64,000 nt of DNA, taken from NCBI GenBank assembly GCA_965263085.1, contig OZ253582.1, positions 1,682,714-1,746,713 of the forward strand. Direction: 5' to 3'. Position 1 is the first letter of the stretch. Every line of letters begins with the position of its first letter. The position numbers and the translations under genes are program-made. Under the pieces are notes generated by a model that was not told where the DNA came from, searched no databases, and saw only the letters and a list, made by a program, of their open reading frames with translations. The stretch comes from Nitrospinales bacterium (GTDB lineage Bacteria > Nitrospinota > Nitrospinia > Nitrospinales > VA-1). Below, piece by piece: positions 48,492 through 59,355 of the stretch.

Positions 48492-50246
48492 ATGCTTTCT
48501 TTATCCAATAAAAAATGGTGTCTGGCCGAACCGCCTGCGGAGACGGTGTCTCTGTTAGAGCGGGAACTCCAGCTTCCTAATGCGGTGGCCGTACTTCTTG
48601 TCAATCGGGCAGTGACTTCGGAACAATCTGCCAAAGATTTTATGGACGCGGATTTCACCCGCTTGCACGATCCGTTTTTGATGACTGGCATGCAGCAGGC
48701 TGTTGAAAGGGTGATTCAGGCAGTGGAACAAAAAGAAGCCATCACCGTTTTCTGTGATTATGATGTTGATGGGGTGACCTCTGCGGCTTTTCTCACACAT
48801 TTTTTTCGCGACTTGAAGTGTAAGGTCGGGTTTTATTTCCCCGAACGCCAGTCGGAGGGCTATGGGCTCAATTCCGCCGCGATTCGCAAAATACGCGAGC
48901 TTGGGACGAGATTGATGATTACCGCCGATTGCGGTATCACTGGTGTAAAAGAGGTGACGCTGGCCAATGAAATCGGATTGGATGTTATTGTCACCGACCA
49001 CCATCAGGTAGGAGAAGAAGGATTGCCTCCGGCCATTGCGGTGCTCAACCCGCATCGTGCGGACTGCGATTACCCTTATCGCTTTTTAAGCGGGGTGGGT
49101 CTGGCTTTCAAGCTCGCCATTGCGGTGCGAAACGAATTATTTTCAGCGGGCTGGTCCAAGGAACGTCTACCCAATTTAAAACGACATCTGGATTTGTTTG
49201 CTCTGGGTACTATTGCCGATGTTGCGCCACTGACAGGTGAAAATCATACCCTGACTCTGCACGGACTCGAAATGTTGTCCACTACCGCAAAGCCCGGACT
49301 GGTCGCCTTGAAAGAAACTGCTGGCATTGTGGGTAATGTTGACGCACGCTCAGTCGGGTTCAGCCTTGGTCCCCGGCTAAACGCCGCTGGCAGGCTGGGC
49401 CGGGCAGATAGCGGCCTGCACTTGCTGACCTCCACAGACTTAAAGGAAGCCAAAGCTCTGGCGCAGGAACTGGAACTCACTAATACAGAGCGAAAAGAAA
49501 TTCAGGAAGAAACCGTAGCGGAAGCAGAATCGCTTTTCCGTAACGAAGTCGATATTCAGAAAGATCGGGTGATTGTGCTGGCATCAGAAATTTTTCATCC
49601 AGGAGTGATCGGCATTGCCGCTTCCCGTCTGGTCGATAAATATCACCGGCCCACAATTCTCATCGCTTTGGAAGCCGGGCAGGGCAAAGGCTCAGGCCGC
49701 AGTATCCCCCGCTTTAATTTATTCCGCGCACTCACCGATTGTTCCGGGCATCTGGTGCAGTTTGGCGGACATGCCTACGCCGCCGGATTTACCATTAAAG
49801 AAGCACAGGTCGAAGCGTTCCGTAATGCCATGAATGAGGTAGGGCATAAATATCTAAAGGAAGAAGACCTCGTTCCCGAAGTGCAGGTCGATACGGTGCT
49901 GGACTTGAGGGAAATTAACCATTCCCTTTACAGTCGGATGGCTTTGCTCGAACCGTTTGGTGCTGAAAACCCGGTTCCCTGTTTTATGTCAAAGGCCGTA
50001 AAACTTCAGGAAGTGAAATTGATCGGCAAGGAAAAAAATCATGTCCGCTTCCGTGCGAGACAAAGGGAAGGTCGGATAGCAGGCGTGGGTTTTGGATTTG
50101 CCGATATGTTCGAATCGATCGATGTTGCCACGGAACTTTTTGATATTGTCTACGAACTCAATCTCAATACTTGGAACGGCAGAGAAAAACTTGAAATAAA
50201 GCTGGTTGATTTGCGTTTGGCGGAAGATGCTACTGCTGACTCATAA
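48492..50246 (+). CDS. recJ: Single-stranded DNA exonuclease RecJ
   Basis: DYDVDG, TDHH, GTIAD, PRLNAAGR, GGHAYAAG. Confidence 0.95.
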   Translation: MLSLSNKKWCLAEPPAETVSLLERELQLPNAVAVLLVNRAVTSEQSAKDFMDADFTRLHDPFLMTGMQQAVERVIQAVEQKEAITVFCDYDVDGVTSAAFLTHFFRDLKCKVGFYFPERQSEGYGLNSAAIRKIRELGTRLMITADCGITGVKEVTLANEIGLDVIVTDHHQVGEEGLPPAIAVLNPHRADCDYPYRFLSGVGLAFKLAIAVRNELFSAGWSKERLPNLKRHLDLFALGTIADVAPLTGENHTLTLHGLEMLSTTAKPGLVALKETAGIVGNVDARSVGFSLGPRLNAAGRLGRADSGLHLLTSTDLKEAKALAQELELTNTERKEIQEETVAEAESLFRNEVDIQKDRVIVLASEIFHPGVIGIAASRLVDKYHRPTILIALEAGQGKGSGRSIPRFNLFRALTDCSGHLVQFGGHAYAAGFTIKEAQVEAFRNAMNEVGHKYLKEEDLVPEVQVDTVLDLREINHSLYSRMALLEPFGAENPVPCFMSKAVKLQEVKLIGKEKNHVRFRARQREGRIAGVGFGFADMFESIDVATELFDIVYELNLNTWNGREKLEIKLVDLRLAEDATADS

Positions 50247-50278
50247 GCCCATTTGATCGTTGCTTATAAGTGGGCGGG

Positions 50279-52855
50279 TCACTCCACTCTCACTGCTTCT
50301 TTGGGGTTGAGTTTTTCTGCCAGTCTGGCAGGATAAAGCCCAGACAGCAAAGAAATTCCCCAGAACAATATCACCATCACCAGAATGAACAAATAGGGGA
50401 AATGCACCTGAATGGTCCAGCCGAAAGATTGTTTGTTGATCACGAAGATCAGGATATAGGAAACAATTACTCCCGCGACAAAACCCATTACCGAACCGAT
50501 CAGTCCCAGTATTCCCGCTTCGATCAACACCATACGTTTGACTTGTCCGGTGAACGCGCCGAGGAACCTGAGGATTCCTATTTCCCGTTTGCGTTCGAGA
50601 ACCAGCGAAACCAGGGTGTTGAACAGTCCTAGCAACGCCACCAGTATGGCGATGATTTCCAGCGAATAGGTGATGGCGAAAGTTTTATCGAACACCTCGA
50701 TGACCTGATGCTTCAATTCGGCATTGGAACGGATTATGAGCCGATGGTCTTTTAAAGTTTTGAGAATTTCTTTCCGTACCGACTCCAGCCGGGTTTTTTC
50801 CTCAAGATAAATAACAAAGCTATTGATTGCTGTTTCCCTGTAATAATTTAAAAATGTGGTGCGGTCGAGAATGATGTAACCGCGCTCGCGGGAATAATCG
50901 AAATAGATAGCTGCGACTTCCATTTTGGCCGGACCGTTCGGGGTCTGTAGCTCTATGCTATCTCCGACATTCGTCTTGTGCTTGAGAGAAAATGCTTCGG
51001 AAACCATGACCCGGTTCTGACCAACCATGACGCGGTCAAGTTCCTGGGCGGGCGGACCAGACTTGATCAAAAGATTGCCGTATTGTGACAGTACAGAAAA
51101 ATCGCCGGTGGCCAGCACTACAGGAAGATCGTTATAGGTGATATCAAGGGCACGGAACTGATCGACCGCGGCAATGCCTTTTAAGGATTTCAATTTCTCA
51201 ACAGATTCAGAGGGCAGGGTATGCTGGTAGTCGATATCGCGTCCTCCGGCTACGCGCACAAACAGGTCCGCTTGCAATGTTTGATTGATCCACACGATCA
51301 CGGTCTGGCGGAAGCTGTGCACCATGATAGACATACTGATGACCATCATGAAGGCGATGGCCAGCGACGAGACAGCAAGGGCGTTGCGCCCGACATTTTG
51401 CGACAGGTTCATGCAGGCCAGCAGACCTTCTCCACCAAACCGGCTTTTGAAAAAGAAAGGCAGTCGATCGCGGGTCCACAGCAAAACTGCGGGAGATAAT
51501 AAGGAAAGACCGAGAATGATTAAAAATACTGAGAAGAATCCAAAATAAGGGAAGTGATTGATCGGCGGCAGTTGTGCGAAAAGTGCTGCAAGCAGGACGA
51601 CCATCAAGGCGGTCATGTTTAGTCTGCGACTTCCGCGAAACAGTTTCAGATCATAACTGCCTCGCCGCATGACCGAGGTAGGAGGAGTAGTGGCCGCGTC
51701 CCAGGCGGGGATAAGGGCAGATATAAAGCTGAGCGTCACGCCCAAAACAAAATAAGGGCCCATTTTGCTCCATTGGAAATCTACTTTCGTGACATAACTC
51801 GGTGCGTAAAGGTTGTTGACGGTGATGGAAACGGCATCGAGAGAAAATTGTGCGAAAAAATATCCCAATCCGATTCCCAGCACCGACCCGACGGCACCGA
51901 TGATCCCGGCTTCCAGAAAAAAAATCAAGGCGATCAAAGCAGGAGTGGCACCGATTGCGCGCAAGGTGCCAATCTCCACCCTTCGACGCACCACTGAAAG
52001 GGCGATCATGTTATAGATCAGGTAAAGGGCGACCAGTAAGGCAACGAAACTCAAAGCCGTGAGGTTATATTGAAAAGCCTGTAACATTTTTTCGACTTGA
52101 CGGTTTTTGCGTTGCGGGAGTTCCACTTTCATATGTCCGGGGAGCAGGGAAGCAATTTTTTCCTGCATGGATTCGAAGTCGGCAGAGTTTAGAAACTGGA
52201 TGTCGATACGGTCCAGTCGGCCTATCTTGTCAAACACGTTTTGCGCCGCCGCGATATCCATCATGGCGAAATTGCCGTTCAAGGCCTTGGCGATTCCCTG
52301 ATTCTCCAATATCGCGTTGACGTTGAGGGTTTTTACTTTTCCATTTATCAGAAACTCGATAGTGTCGCCAGGGACAAAACGGGTTCCCGGTACAAATTTT
52401 TCAGGAAGGATGATTCCAGCCGGATCCGTTATGAGCGGAATTAACCCTTTCAGGCCTTCTTTCACGGTCTTGATGGAAAAATCGCGGATGCCGTTGTCCT
52501 GCAAAAGATCGGTGCCGATAATTTCCACCACCTCACCACTGGTGGATTCGATGCCATATCCCTCAATGACCGGATAAGCTTTGATCTCCTTTCGCAGAGC
52601 GTGGAGTTTTTCGAAGATCAATTCATTAAAGTCCATACCCTCAAACCGTATTACCGCATCGGCTTTGCCTAATACCAGATCCACGCTTTCAGTGAAAGAC
52701 GTCATGGTTTGCTGATTGGCCAGACGGATACTGAGAAATACGGCGACCCCGACCGCCACGCCGAGGATGGTGATGGCAGTGCGAAACGGGTCGCGCGCTA
52801 AAGGGCGCAGGATGAGCGCGGTGAACAGGTCTTTAAAATAAAGCAGAAAGCTCAC
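50279..52855 (-). CDS. ABC transporter permease (duplicated FtsX/MacB-type)
   Basis: Two RRxEIG.LR..GA motifs, multiple TMs. Confidence 0.88.
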   Translation of the reverse strand: MSFLLYFKDLFTALILRPLARDPFRTAITILGVAVGVAVFLSIRLANQQTMTSFTESVDLVLGKADAVIRFEGMDFNELIFEKLHALRKEIKAYPVIEGYGIESTSGEVVEIIGTDLLQDNGIRDFSIKTVKEGLKGLIPLITDPAGIILPEKFVPGTRFVPGDTIEFLINGKVKTLNVNAILENQGIAKALNGNFAMMDIAAAQNVFDKIGRLDRIDIQFLNSADFESMQEKIASLLPGHMKVELPQRKNRQVEKMLQAFQYNLTALSFVALLVALYLIYNMIALSVVRRRVEIGTLRAIGATPALIALIFFLEAGIIGAVGSVLGIGLGYFFAQFSLDAVSITVNNLYAPSYVTKVDFQWSKMGPYFVLGVTLSFISALIPAWDAATTPPTSVMRRGSYDLKLFRGSRRLNMTALMVVLLAALFAQLPPINHFPYFGFFSVFLIILGLSLLSPAVLLWTRDRLPFFFKSRFGGEGLLACMNLSQNVGRNALAVSSLAIAFMMVISMSIMVHSFRQTVIVWINQTLQADLFVRVAGGRDIDYQHTLPSESVEKLKSLKGIAAVDQFRALDITYNDLPVVLATGDFSVLSQYGNLLIKSGPPAQELDRVMVGQNRVMVSEAFSLKHKTNVGDSIELQTPNGPAKMEVAAIYFDYSRERGYIILDRTTFLNYYRETAINSFVIYLEEKTRLESVRKEILKTLKDHRLIIRSNAELKHQVIEVFDKTFAITYSLEIIAILVALLGLFNTLVSLVLERKREIGILRFLGAFTGQVKRMVLIEAGILGLIGSVMGFVAGVIVSYILIFVINKQSFGWTIQVHFPYLFILVMVILFWGISLLSGLYPARLAEKLNPKEAVRVE

Positions 52856-53535
52856 GGTGTTTTATCGGTCAGTTTGCCGTCGCGAATTTCGAAATGGCGG
52901 TTGCCAATGGCCGCGACCTGCGGGTTGTGGGTGACCATGACCACCGTTGTTCCAAAGTCGGCCGAAGCCTGTCGCATGAGATCAATAATTTTCATTCCGT
53001 TTTCCGAGTCGAGGTTGCCGGTGGGTTCATCGGCAAGCAAGATGACAGGCTGATGCACGAGTGCGCGGGCGATGGCAACTCGTTGCATTTCTCCTCCCGA
53101 AAGTTCAGCCGGAAAAGAGTCAGCCCGGTGCAAGAGCCCTACATAGTCGAGTAGGACCTTAATACGTTCGCCATCGGTCCGGGATGAATGTGCCAGCAGA
53201 AGTGGCAATTCCACATTTTCCATTACCGTGAGAGTGGGCATGAGGTTGAAAAACTGGAACACAAAACCAATCTCCTTTCGGCGTAGCAGAGTCAGTTCAT
53301 GGTCAGAAAAGTCAGACACCTTGCGATCGTTGAGGATGATCTGTCCTTTGTCGGGCAGGTCAAGTCCTGCCAGAAGGTTGAGCAAGGTGGTTTTTCCTCC
53401 CCCGCTTGGGCCCATGATGGTGACAAAGTCTCCGGCATTGAAGCTCAGGTTTACTGCTTTCAGCGCGGTCACTGACTGCGATCCGCTCTCGTAAGACTTA
53501 CAAACATCGATAAATTGAATGATTGGAGTGTTCAT
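52852..53535 (-). CDS. ABC transporter ATP-binding protein (LolD/MacB-type)
   Basis: GPSGGGKTT, LSGGEMQRVAIARAL, ADEPTGNLD. Confidence 0.92.
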   Translation of the reverse strand: MNTPIIQFIDVCKSYESGSQSVTALKAVNLSFNAGDFVTIMGPSGGGKTTLLNLLAGLDLPDKGQIILNDRKVSDFSDHELTLLRRKEIGFVFQFFNLMPTLTVMENVELPLLLAHSSRTDGERIKVLLDYVGLLHRADSFPAELSGGEMQRVAIARALVHQPVILLADEPTGNLDSENGMKIIDLMRQASADFGTTVVMVTHNPQVAAIGNRHFEIRDGKLTDKTP

Positions 53536-53685
53536 GGGAAAGAAGGATATTAGCAAAATAGTTCAATCTCAATATAACATGAGTCGGCGTTGATCCTGTC
53601 TGGGTAATATGCTATGGATGGGTTTGGAAATTCGATAGGGTAAAAAGCGTCGTCTTGCGTGAGTTTTTTATAGTGGAGTTTTAAC

Positions 53686-54876
53686 ATGGCAATATCGCAA
53701 AAAGTCACTGGATTCATAGAAAAGTCTTCTTGGATTCGTAAAATGTTTGAAGAAGGCATTCGGCTGAAAAAGGAATTTGGTGATGATAACGTGTTCGACC
53801 TGTCGCTGGGCAACCCGGTGATCGAACCGCCAGACGAAGTCCGAAAAGCCTTGATAGAAACCGCACGGGACGAGTCGCCCGGTCTGCACCGCTATATGCC
53901 CAATGCGGGGTTCGCCGATGTGCGTGCAGCGATTGCCAGGTTCCTGTCTCCTGAATGTAAGGCAGAGCTTTCGGCCAATGATTTGGTCATGGTGTGCGGC
54001 GCGGCGGGCGGACTCAACATCACTTTAAAAGCCTTGCTTGATCCGGGTGATGAGGTCATCATTTTCACGCCTTATTTTGTGGAATATTTATTTTATGTTG
54101 ACAACCACAGTGGCAAGGCAGTGGCGGTTTCGACACTGGAAAATTTTCGACTCGATTTTTCAGCTTTGAAAAACGCGCTTAACGAAAAAACCAAGGCTGT
54201 CATCATCAACTCCCCGAATAACCCAACCGGGGTGGTTTATTCGCGTCAGGAGTTGCAGGAGTTGGCAAACATTTTAAAAGCGCATTCGGACAGGCTCGGC
54301 AAAGCCGTTTATCTAATCTCGGACGACCCGTATAAGAAGATCACCTTTGATGGGGTGGAAGCGCCGAACATTATGGAATTTTATCCAAACAGTATTTACA
54401 TCACCTCGCATTCGAAGGACATTGCGTTGCCCGGAGAACGCATTGGTTTTGTCGCGGTGCATCCCAAATGCGAGTTTGCCGAACCCCTCATGGCAGGGCT
54501 GATCTTCTGCAACCGAGTGTTGGGATTCGTCAACGCTCCGGCGCTCATCCAGCGTGTAGTGAAACAGGTGCAGGGAGTGACGGTGGATGTGGAGCAATAT
54601 CGCAGAAAGCGTGATTACCTGTATAAGGAATTGACCCGGATTGGTTATCAGGTGGTGAAACCTCAGGGAGCGTTTTATTTTTTTCCAAAATCTCCGCTGG
54701 AAGATGAGGTAGAGTTCGTCAAAAAGCTAGCCGAGAAAAAGGTGCTGGTGGTGCCAGGCAGGGGATTTGGCCTGCCGGGATATTTCCGCATTTCCTATTG
54801 CCTGCCCGATTCGGTCATAGAAGGTTCTATCTCCGGATTTGAACAGGTTTTTCATGAATGCCAGAGCGGCAAATAA
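53686..54876 (+). CDS. PLP-dependent class I/II aminotransferase
   Basis: NSPNNPTG, SHSKDIALPGERIG. Confidence 0.92.
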   Translation: MAISQKVTGFIEKSSWIRKMFEEGIRLKKEFGDDNVFDLSLGNPVIEPPDEVRKALIETARDESPGLHRYMPNAGFADVRAAIARFLSPECKAELSANDLVMVCGAAGGLNITLKALLDPGDEVIIFTPYFVEYLFYVDNHSGKAVAVSTLENFRLDFSALKNALNEKTKAVIINSPNNPTGVVYSRQELQELANILKAHSDRLGKAVYLISDDPYKKITFDGVEAPNIMEFYPNSIYITSHSKDIALPGERIGFVAVHPKCEFAEPLMAGLIFCNRVLGFVNAPALIQRVVKQVQGVTVDVEQYRRKRDYLYKELTRIGYQVVKPQGAFYFFPKSPLEDEVEFVKKLAEKKVLVVPGRGFGLPGYFRISYCLPDSVIEGSISGFEQVFHECQSGK

Positions 54877-54977
54877 GCCTTTATTCTGTTAGTGTTGTCA
54901 GGAGAATCTTTTCTGGTAGAATGGAATCTAATCGATACTAGAGAAAATTTTGATCGTTTTTTATAGGATTGAATGTT

Positions 54978-56132
54978 ATGGCTTTAACACAGGATCAGAT
55001 CAACCGTTACAGTCGGCACTTGCTTTTGCCGGAGGTGGGTGTTGAAGGACAGGAAAAAATCTGTAATTCCAAGGTGCTTTTGATTGGCACTGGCGGGCTG
55101 GGTTCACCGCTGGCTTTATACCTTGCGGCGGCAGGAGTGGGGAATCTGGGCCTGATCGATTTTGACGTGGTCGATTTCAGTAACCTGCAAAGACAGGTGG
55201 CGCATGGAGAATCGACAGTTGGAAAACTGAAGGTGGATTCGGCTAAAGACCGTATTGCCGATTTAAACTCCAGCATTAACGTCACCACTTATAACATGCG
55301 TTTGTCTTCAGAAAACGTGATGGAGATTTTTGCTGACTACGACATCATCGTCGATGGCACAGACAACTTCCCCACCCGTTACCTGGCCAGCGACGCCTGT
55401 GTGTTATTGAAGAAACCCTATATATATGGATGTATCCTGCGTTTTGAAGGCCAGGCCTCGGTGTTCGATTCCCGCATAGGGCCGTGCTACCGTTGTCTGT
55501 ACCCGGAGCCACCACCACCGGGACTGGTGCCTAGTTGCGCCGAGGGCGGGGTGCTCGGAATTCTGCCAGGCATTGTCGGGCTGATTCAGGCCAACGAAGT
55601 GATTAAGTTGGTGTTGGATAAAGGCGAGTCTTTAGTGGGACGACTCTTGCTGTTCGATGCCTTGTCGATGAAGTTCAAGGAAATGAAATTGCGTAAGGAC
55701 CCGTCCTGCCCCATCTGTGGCGATAACCCGACCATCACGGAGTTGATCGACTATGAGCAGTTTTGCGGCATCATGCCGGTTGAAGAGTCAGCTGCCGATG
55801 CGGAAAAGGAAATTACTGTGGAGCAAGTTAAAGAAATGCTGGATGCGAAGCGTGCGTTCAAGTTGATTGATGTCCGGGAGCCGTCCGAATATGATATCTG
55901 CAAAATTGAGCAAGCAGCCTTGATTCCACTGGGCGATATTGAAGCCAAAGATCCTGCCCGGTTGAATGGGTTGAATCCAGACGATGAGATTGTGCTTCAT
56001 TGCAAAGCTGGGGTGCGTTCGATGAAAGCACTGAAAGTATTGGAAGAAATGGGATTCAGCAACCTCAAAAGCATGCGGGGAGGCATCAACGAATGGTCGG
56101 AGAAAGTCGACTCTTCTGTCCCTCTTTATTAA
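54978..56132 (+). CDS. moeB: MoeB/ThiF adenylyltransferase with C-terminal rhodanese domain (MoeZ-type)
   Basis: RYSRH, GTGGLG, SNLQRQ, DNFPTRY, CYRC, CPIC, DVREP, HCKAG. Confidence 0.92.
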   Translation: MALTQDQINRYSRHLLLPEVGVEGQEKICNSKVLLIGTGGLGSPLALYLAAAGVGNLGLIDFDVVDFSNLQRQVAHGESTVGKLKVDSAKDRIADLNSSINVTTYNMRLSSENVMEIFADYDIIVDGTDNFPTRYLASDACVLLKKPYIYGCILRFEGQASVFDSRIGPCYRCLYPEPPPPGLVPSCAEGGVLGILPGIVGLIQANEVIKLVLDKGESLVGRLLLFDALSMKFKEMKLRKDPSCPICGDNPTITELIDYEQFCGIMPVEESAADAEKEITVEQVKEMLDAKRAFKLIDVREPSEYDICKIEQAALIPLGDIEAKDPARLNGLNPDDEIVLHCKAGVRSMKALKVLEEMGFSNLKSMRGGINEWSEKVDSSVPLY

Positions 56133-56199
56133 CCGCTAAAGTTGTCCGAAAGCAGAAACAAGCTATTGTTCGTTCGCCCGGCCTGCGGAGGTTCTTCAC

Positions 56200-56228
56200 T
56201 TGACAAGATGTTGAGAGAGGTTTAGGGT
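56200..56228 (+). promoter_or_regulatory. Putative sigma70 promoter
   Basis: TTGACA-17 nt-TAGGGT. Confidence 0.35.
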
Positions 56229-56295
56229 TGGGCGTCGAAATGAAGTATTCTTTTTGATCGAGTATTTTTTATCAGGAAACTGAAAGGGGGATTTT

Positions 56296-56667
56296 GTGAA
56301 TGATTCTGATGGGAGTGAACGAAGTTTTGAAAAATTGTCCAAAGCGGTCACCGAAGCAGTCATGACTTCACCTAAAGTTCAAAAGATCGTTGCTGAAATT
56401 CAGAAAGATGACAATATCTGTCCAAAGAGTTTTATGATACTGGTCCTTAAGATGGAAGTGTTGACCGACTCGCTGGAACTGGAAGTTGGGGAGGAACTCA
56501 CCGAGGAGCGGCCCGCGCCCAAGAAACGAAGGGGCAAGAAGTCTTCGCGAAAGGCGCAATTCATTGATGGACAAGAACTTTCTAAAAAGGAAATCGAATT
56601 CCAGGAGTTTTCTAACGAAAAGTTTGATGCTCAGCAATGGCTCAAGAAAAACGGGCTCATTCTTTAA
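56296..56667 (+). CDS. Hypothetical protein
   Basis: GGGGG RBS-like sequence before GTG; 123-aa ORF filling the gap between genes. Confidence 0.7.
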   Translation: MNDSDGSERSFEKLSKAVTEAVMTSPKVQKIVAEIQKDDNICPKSFMILVLKMEVLTDSLELEVGEELTEERPAPKKRRGKKSSRKAQFIDGQELSKKEIEFQEFSNEKFDAQQWLKKNGLIL

Positions 56668-56715
56668 GATATTCTTTCCTTATCTGGTTATCATTTTCTG
56701 TTCGACATTTTTTAA

Positions 56716-58092
56716 TCATACTTGATAATCAAACTGGATAGCGGGTTGGTATTGATCCATTTGTTTTTTTATGATGTCGACCAGTTCTTTAAGGCGGTCC
56801 TGGGTTGTGGCCTCAAACCTCAGTACCAGCGCTGGCTGGGTGTTGGAGGCGCGAATCAAAGCCCAGCCATCGCCAAAGTTGACCCGCACTCCATCAATGT
56901 CAATGATTTCGTATTGATTCCTGAAAAATTCTGTCAACTCGCGGACGATTTTAAACTTTCTGTCATCAGGGCAGTCGATGCGAATTTCCGGTGTGTAGGC
57001 TGTTTTGGGAAGGTCAGCGAGCATTTCAGAAACCTTTAGGCGAGACTCCCCCACAATTTGCAATATCCGGCCCGCGGCAAACACTGCGTCATCGAACCCG
57101 AAGTAATTGTCGGCAAAACAGATATGACCGCTCATTTCCCCTGCCAGGAGCGCGTTGGTCTCCTTCATTTTCTTTTTTATCAGGGAGTGCCCCGCCGGTG
57201 CCATGACTGGAACCCCGCCGTGTTTTTCAATATCCTGATACAGGTTCTGGGAGCATTTGACTTCGCCGACAATAGTGGCGCCGGGATTTCTCGATAAAAT
57301 ATCTCGCGCGAAAATGGTCAGCAGTTGGTCTCCCCAGAGAATGTTACCTTTCTCATCCACCAAGCCGATGCGGTCGGCATCACCATCAAACCCGATACCC
57401 AGTTCTGCATTTTCGGCCCGGACTTTTTCGATCAACCCTTGCATATTTTCCTCCACAGTGGGGTCGGGATGATGATTAGGAAAGGTGCCATCCGGTTCAC
57501 AAAAAATCTCTATAGGTTCCAGCCCAAGTTTTCTCAAGAGTTCCGGGCCTACAATACCGAAGCACCCGTTACCTCCATCGACCACAACTTTCACTTTTCT
57601 GGATATTTTTATGATGGAACAAATATTCTCCATATAAGGTTCGAGAACATTTGTCTGCTCGATCTTCCCCGATCCCGTTTCAAAATCTTTGGAATCGATC
57701 AGCCCTTTTAATTCCTGAATCTTTTCCCCATATAGACTGTGTTGACCCTGGTTGATTTTGAATCCGTTGAACTCTGGTGGATTATGGCTTCCGGTGATCA
57801 TTACGCCGCCATCGGCCTTAAGATGATGAAGTGCAAAGTAGGAAACGGGAGTAGGGACCATTCCGATATCTACGACATCGCATCCGGTCGAGTTTATAGC
57901 CTGGGATAAAATATCGCGGAATTCTATTGAACTGGAGCGAATATCCCGCCCCACTACCAGAGATTTTCCGTTCTGGCGTTTTATATAGGTGCCGATGGCC
58001 TGGCCAATCTGTTGAACAGTTTCGGCGGTGAGGTCTTTGCCGACCACACCACGGATATCATATTCGCGAAAGATTTGAGGATTGATGGGCAT
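56716..58092 (-). CDS. Phosphomannomutase/phosphoglucomutase (AlgC-type)
   Basis: FREYDIRG, TGSHNP, FDGDADR, GEMSGH, RASNTQP. Confidence 0.94.
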   Translation of the reverse strand: MPINPQIFREYDIRGVVGKDLTAETVQQIGQAIGTYIKRQNGKSLVVGRDIRSSSIEFRDILSQAINSTGCDVVDIGMVPTPVSYFALHHLKADGGVMITGSHNPPEFNGFKINQGQHSLYGEKIQELKGLIDSKDFETGSGKIEQTNVLEPYMENICSIIKISRKVKVVVDGGNGCFGIVGPELLRKLGLEPIEIFCEPDGTFPNHHPDPTVEENMQGLIEKVRAENAELGIGFDGDADRIGLVDEKGNILWGDQLLTIFARDILSRNPGATIVGEVKCSQNLYQDIEKHGGVPVMAPAGHSLIKKKMKETNALLAGEMSGHICFADNYFGFDDAVFAAGRILQIVGESRLKVSEMLADLPKTAYTPEIRIDCPDDRKFKIVRELTEFFRNQYEIIDIDGVRVNFGDGWALIRASNTQPALVLRFEATTQDRLKELVDIIKKQMDQYQPAIQFDYQV

Positions 58093-58098
58093 AATAAG

Positions 58099-58890
58099 TT
58101 AAAAAGGATTCCGGGTGATTCCGCCATCAACATTAAAGTTTGTGGCTGTGATCCATCCGGCTTGGTCGGAAGCTAAGAACAGGGCTAGTCCTGTTAAATC
58201 TTCCGGCGTGCCCATTCGTTTTAAAGGAATAGTTTTTTTAGTTTGCTCCACGATTTCTTTTTTTACCTGTTCCAAATTAGACCCGTTACTTTGCGCACGG
58301 GCTTCGTTTTCCCAGGATTTACTCCACACCGGGCCGGGGCAAATAGAGTTGACCAGAATCTTGTCCGCAGCAAGAGTTTGAGCTAAAGAAACCGTCAAGT
58401 TGGAAAGCCCTGCTTTCATAGCACTGTAGTGAGGAAAAACTTCCTGCGGTCCGGCAGCCGCAATGGATGAAATATTAATGATCCTGGCGCAATTTGATTG
58501 CTTGAGGGAGGGGATACAGTATCGACTCAGCCGAACGGCAGACATCAGGTTGATCTGAAATGAAGCTTCCCAGTCCTGATCGGTCAGTTCAAAAAAATTA
58601 GCCAACTTTAAAATCGCTCCGACATTATTGACGAGCACATCGACCTGACCCGGTTGTTTCATCACACTTTCGTAAAAGGCCTTGACACCTTTTTCTGTGC
58701 CTAGATCGGCTGAGAAAAAAAGATGCCCGGTACCCTCAATTTCATCGGACAAGGAATCCAAACGATCCTGACTTCGGGCGCAGACAGCAACCTTTGCGCC
58801 CTCCTTGGCGAAGGCCAGTCCCAGTGCCCTGCCAATGCCGTCACCGGCACCGGTGATGATCACTTTTCGATTTTTTAAATTCAAGTCCAT
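58099..58890 (-). CDS. SDR family oxidoreductase
   Basis: TGAGDGIG, VNNVG, YSAMK, NSICPG; start MDLNLKNRKV at 58890. Confidence 0.9.
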   Translation of the reverse strand: MDLNLKNRKVIITGAGDGIGRALGLAFAKEGAKVAVCARSQDRLDSLSDEIEGTGHLFFSADLGTEKGVKAFYESVMKQPGQVDVLVNNVGAILKLANFFELTDQDWEASFQINLMSAVRLSRYCIPSLKQSNCARIINISSIAAAGPQEVFPHYSAMKAGLSNLTVSLAQTLAADKILVNSICPGPVWSKSWENEARAQSNGSNLEQVKKEIVEQTKKTIPLKRMGTPEDLTGLALFLASDQAGWITATNFNVDGGITRNPF

Positions 58891-58959
58891 GTTAAGATTT
58901 CCTTCTCCCTCAGCAGAAGAGGGCTTTGATGTACAACTTTTTATGAAATATCCTGTTTT

Positions 58960-59313
58960 ATGGAATCCGCTCTCATCCCGAAAATAACGTTGTCGCCTTC
59001 GCTTATCTGGGTAGTGGCCGCGATTGGATTTTATATCCTCAATATCTTTCTGGGATTGTTCATGGCATTCAGGAAGAAGACCGCCCAGAGCCTGAGAATA
59101 CACAGGCTCTTGTTTTATACCATTGCGTTTTGTCTAGGCTGTTACCTGCTGATGAACCAGATTCACGATGACAACAGCCTGCTGGATTATTTGATCTGTC
59201 TTTACTGTATCACAATTGTTCCGCTCAGCAAGCGGTGGGATGTGATGATCCATGCCTTCGTCGGCGCGGTCGGGCTGACGCTTCTGCCACTGCTTATTGT
59301 TCTAAAGATATAA
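58960..59313 (+). CDS. Small four-TM membrane protein
   Basis: Four hydrophobic segments; divergent from the SDR. Confidence 0.7.
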   Translation: MESALIPKITLSPSLIWVVAAIGFYILNIFLGLFMAFRKKTAQSLRIHRLLFYTIAFCLGCYLLMNQIHDDNSLLDYLICLYCITIVPLSKRWDVMIHAFVGAVGLTLLPLLIVLKI

Positions 59314-59338
59314 AAAAATGGGGAATTTCTGCGGATTA

Positions 59339-59355
59339 TTAGGTGTATAATTCCC
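59339..59355. repeat. 17-bp IS-end-like repeat, copy A
   Basis: TTAGGTGTATAATTCCC, 16/17 identical to 62492-62508; abuts stop codon of 59356..60162. Confidence 0.7.

Noticed and set aside
58891-59103. Long N-terminal extension of the SDR ORF in the track
   Set aside because: It overlaps the divergent membrane-protein gene; the SDR fold starts at MDLNLKNRK (58890).
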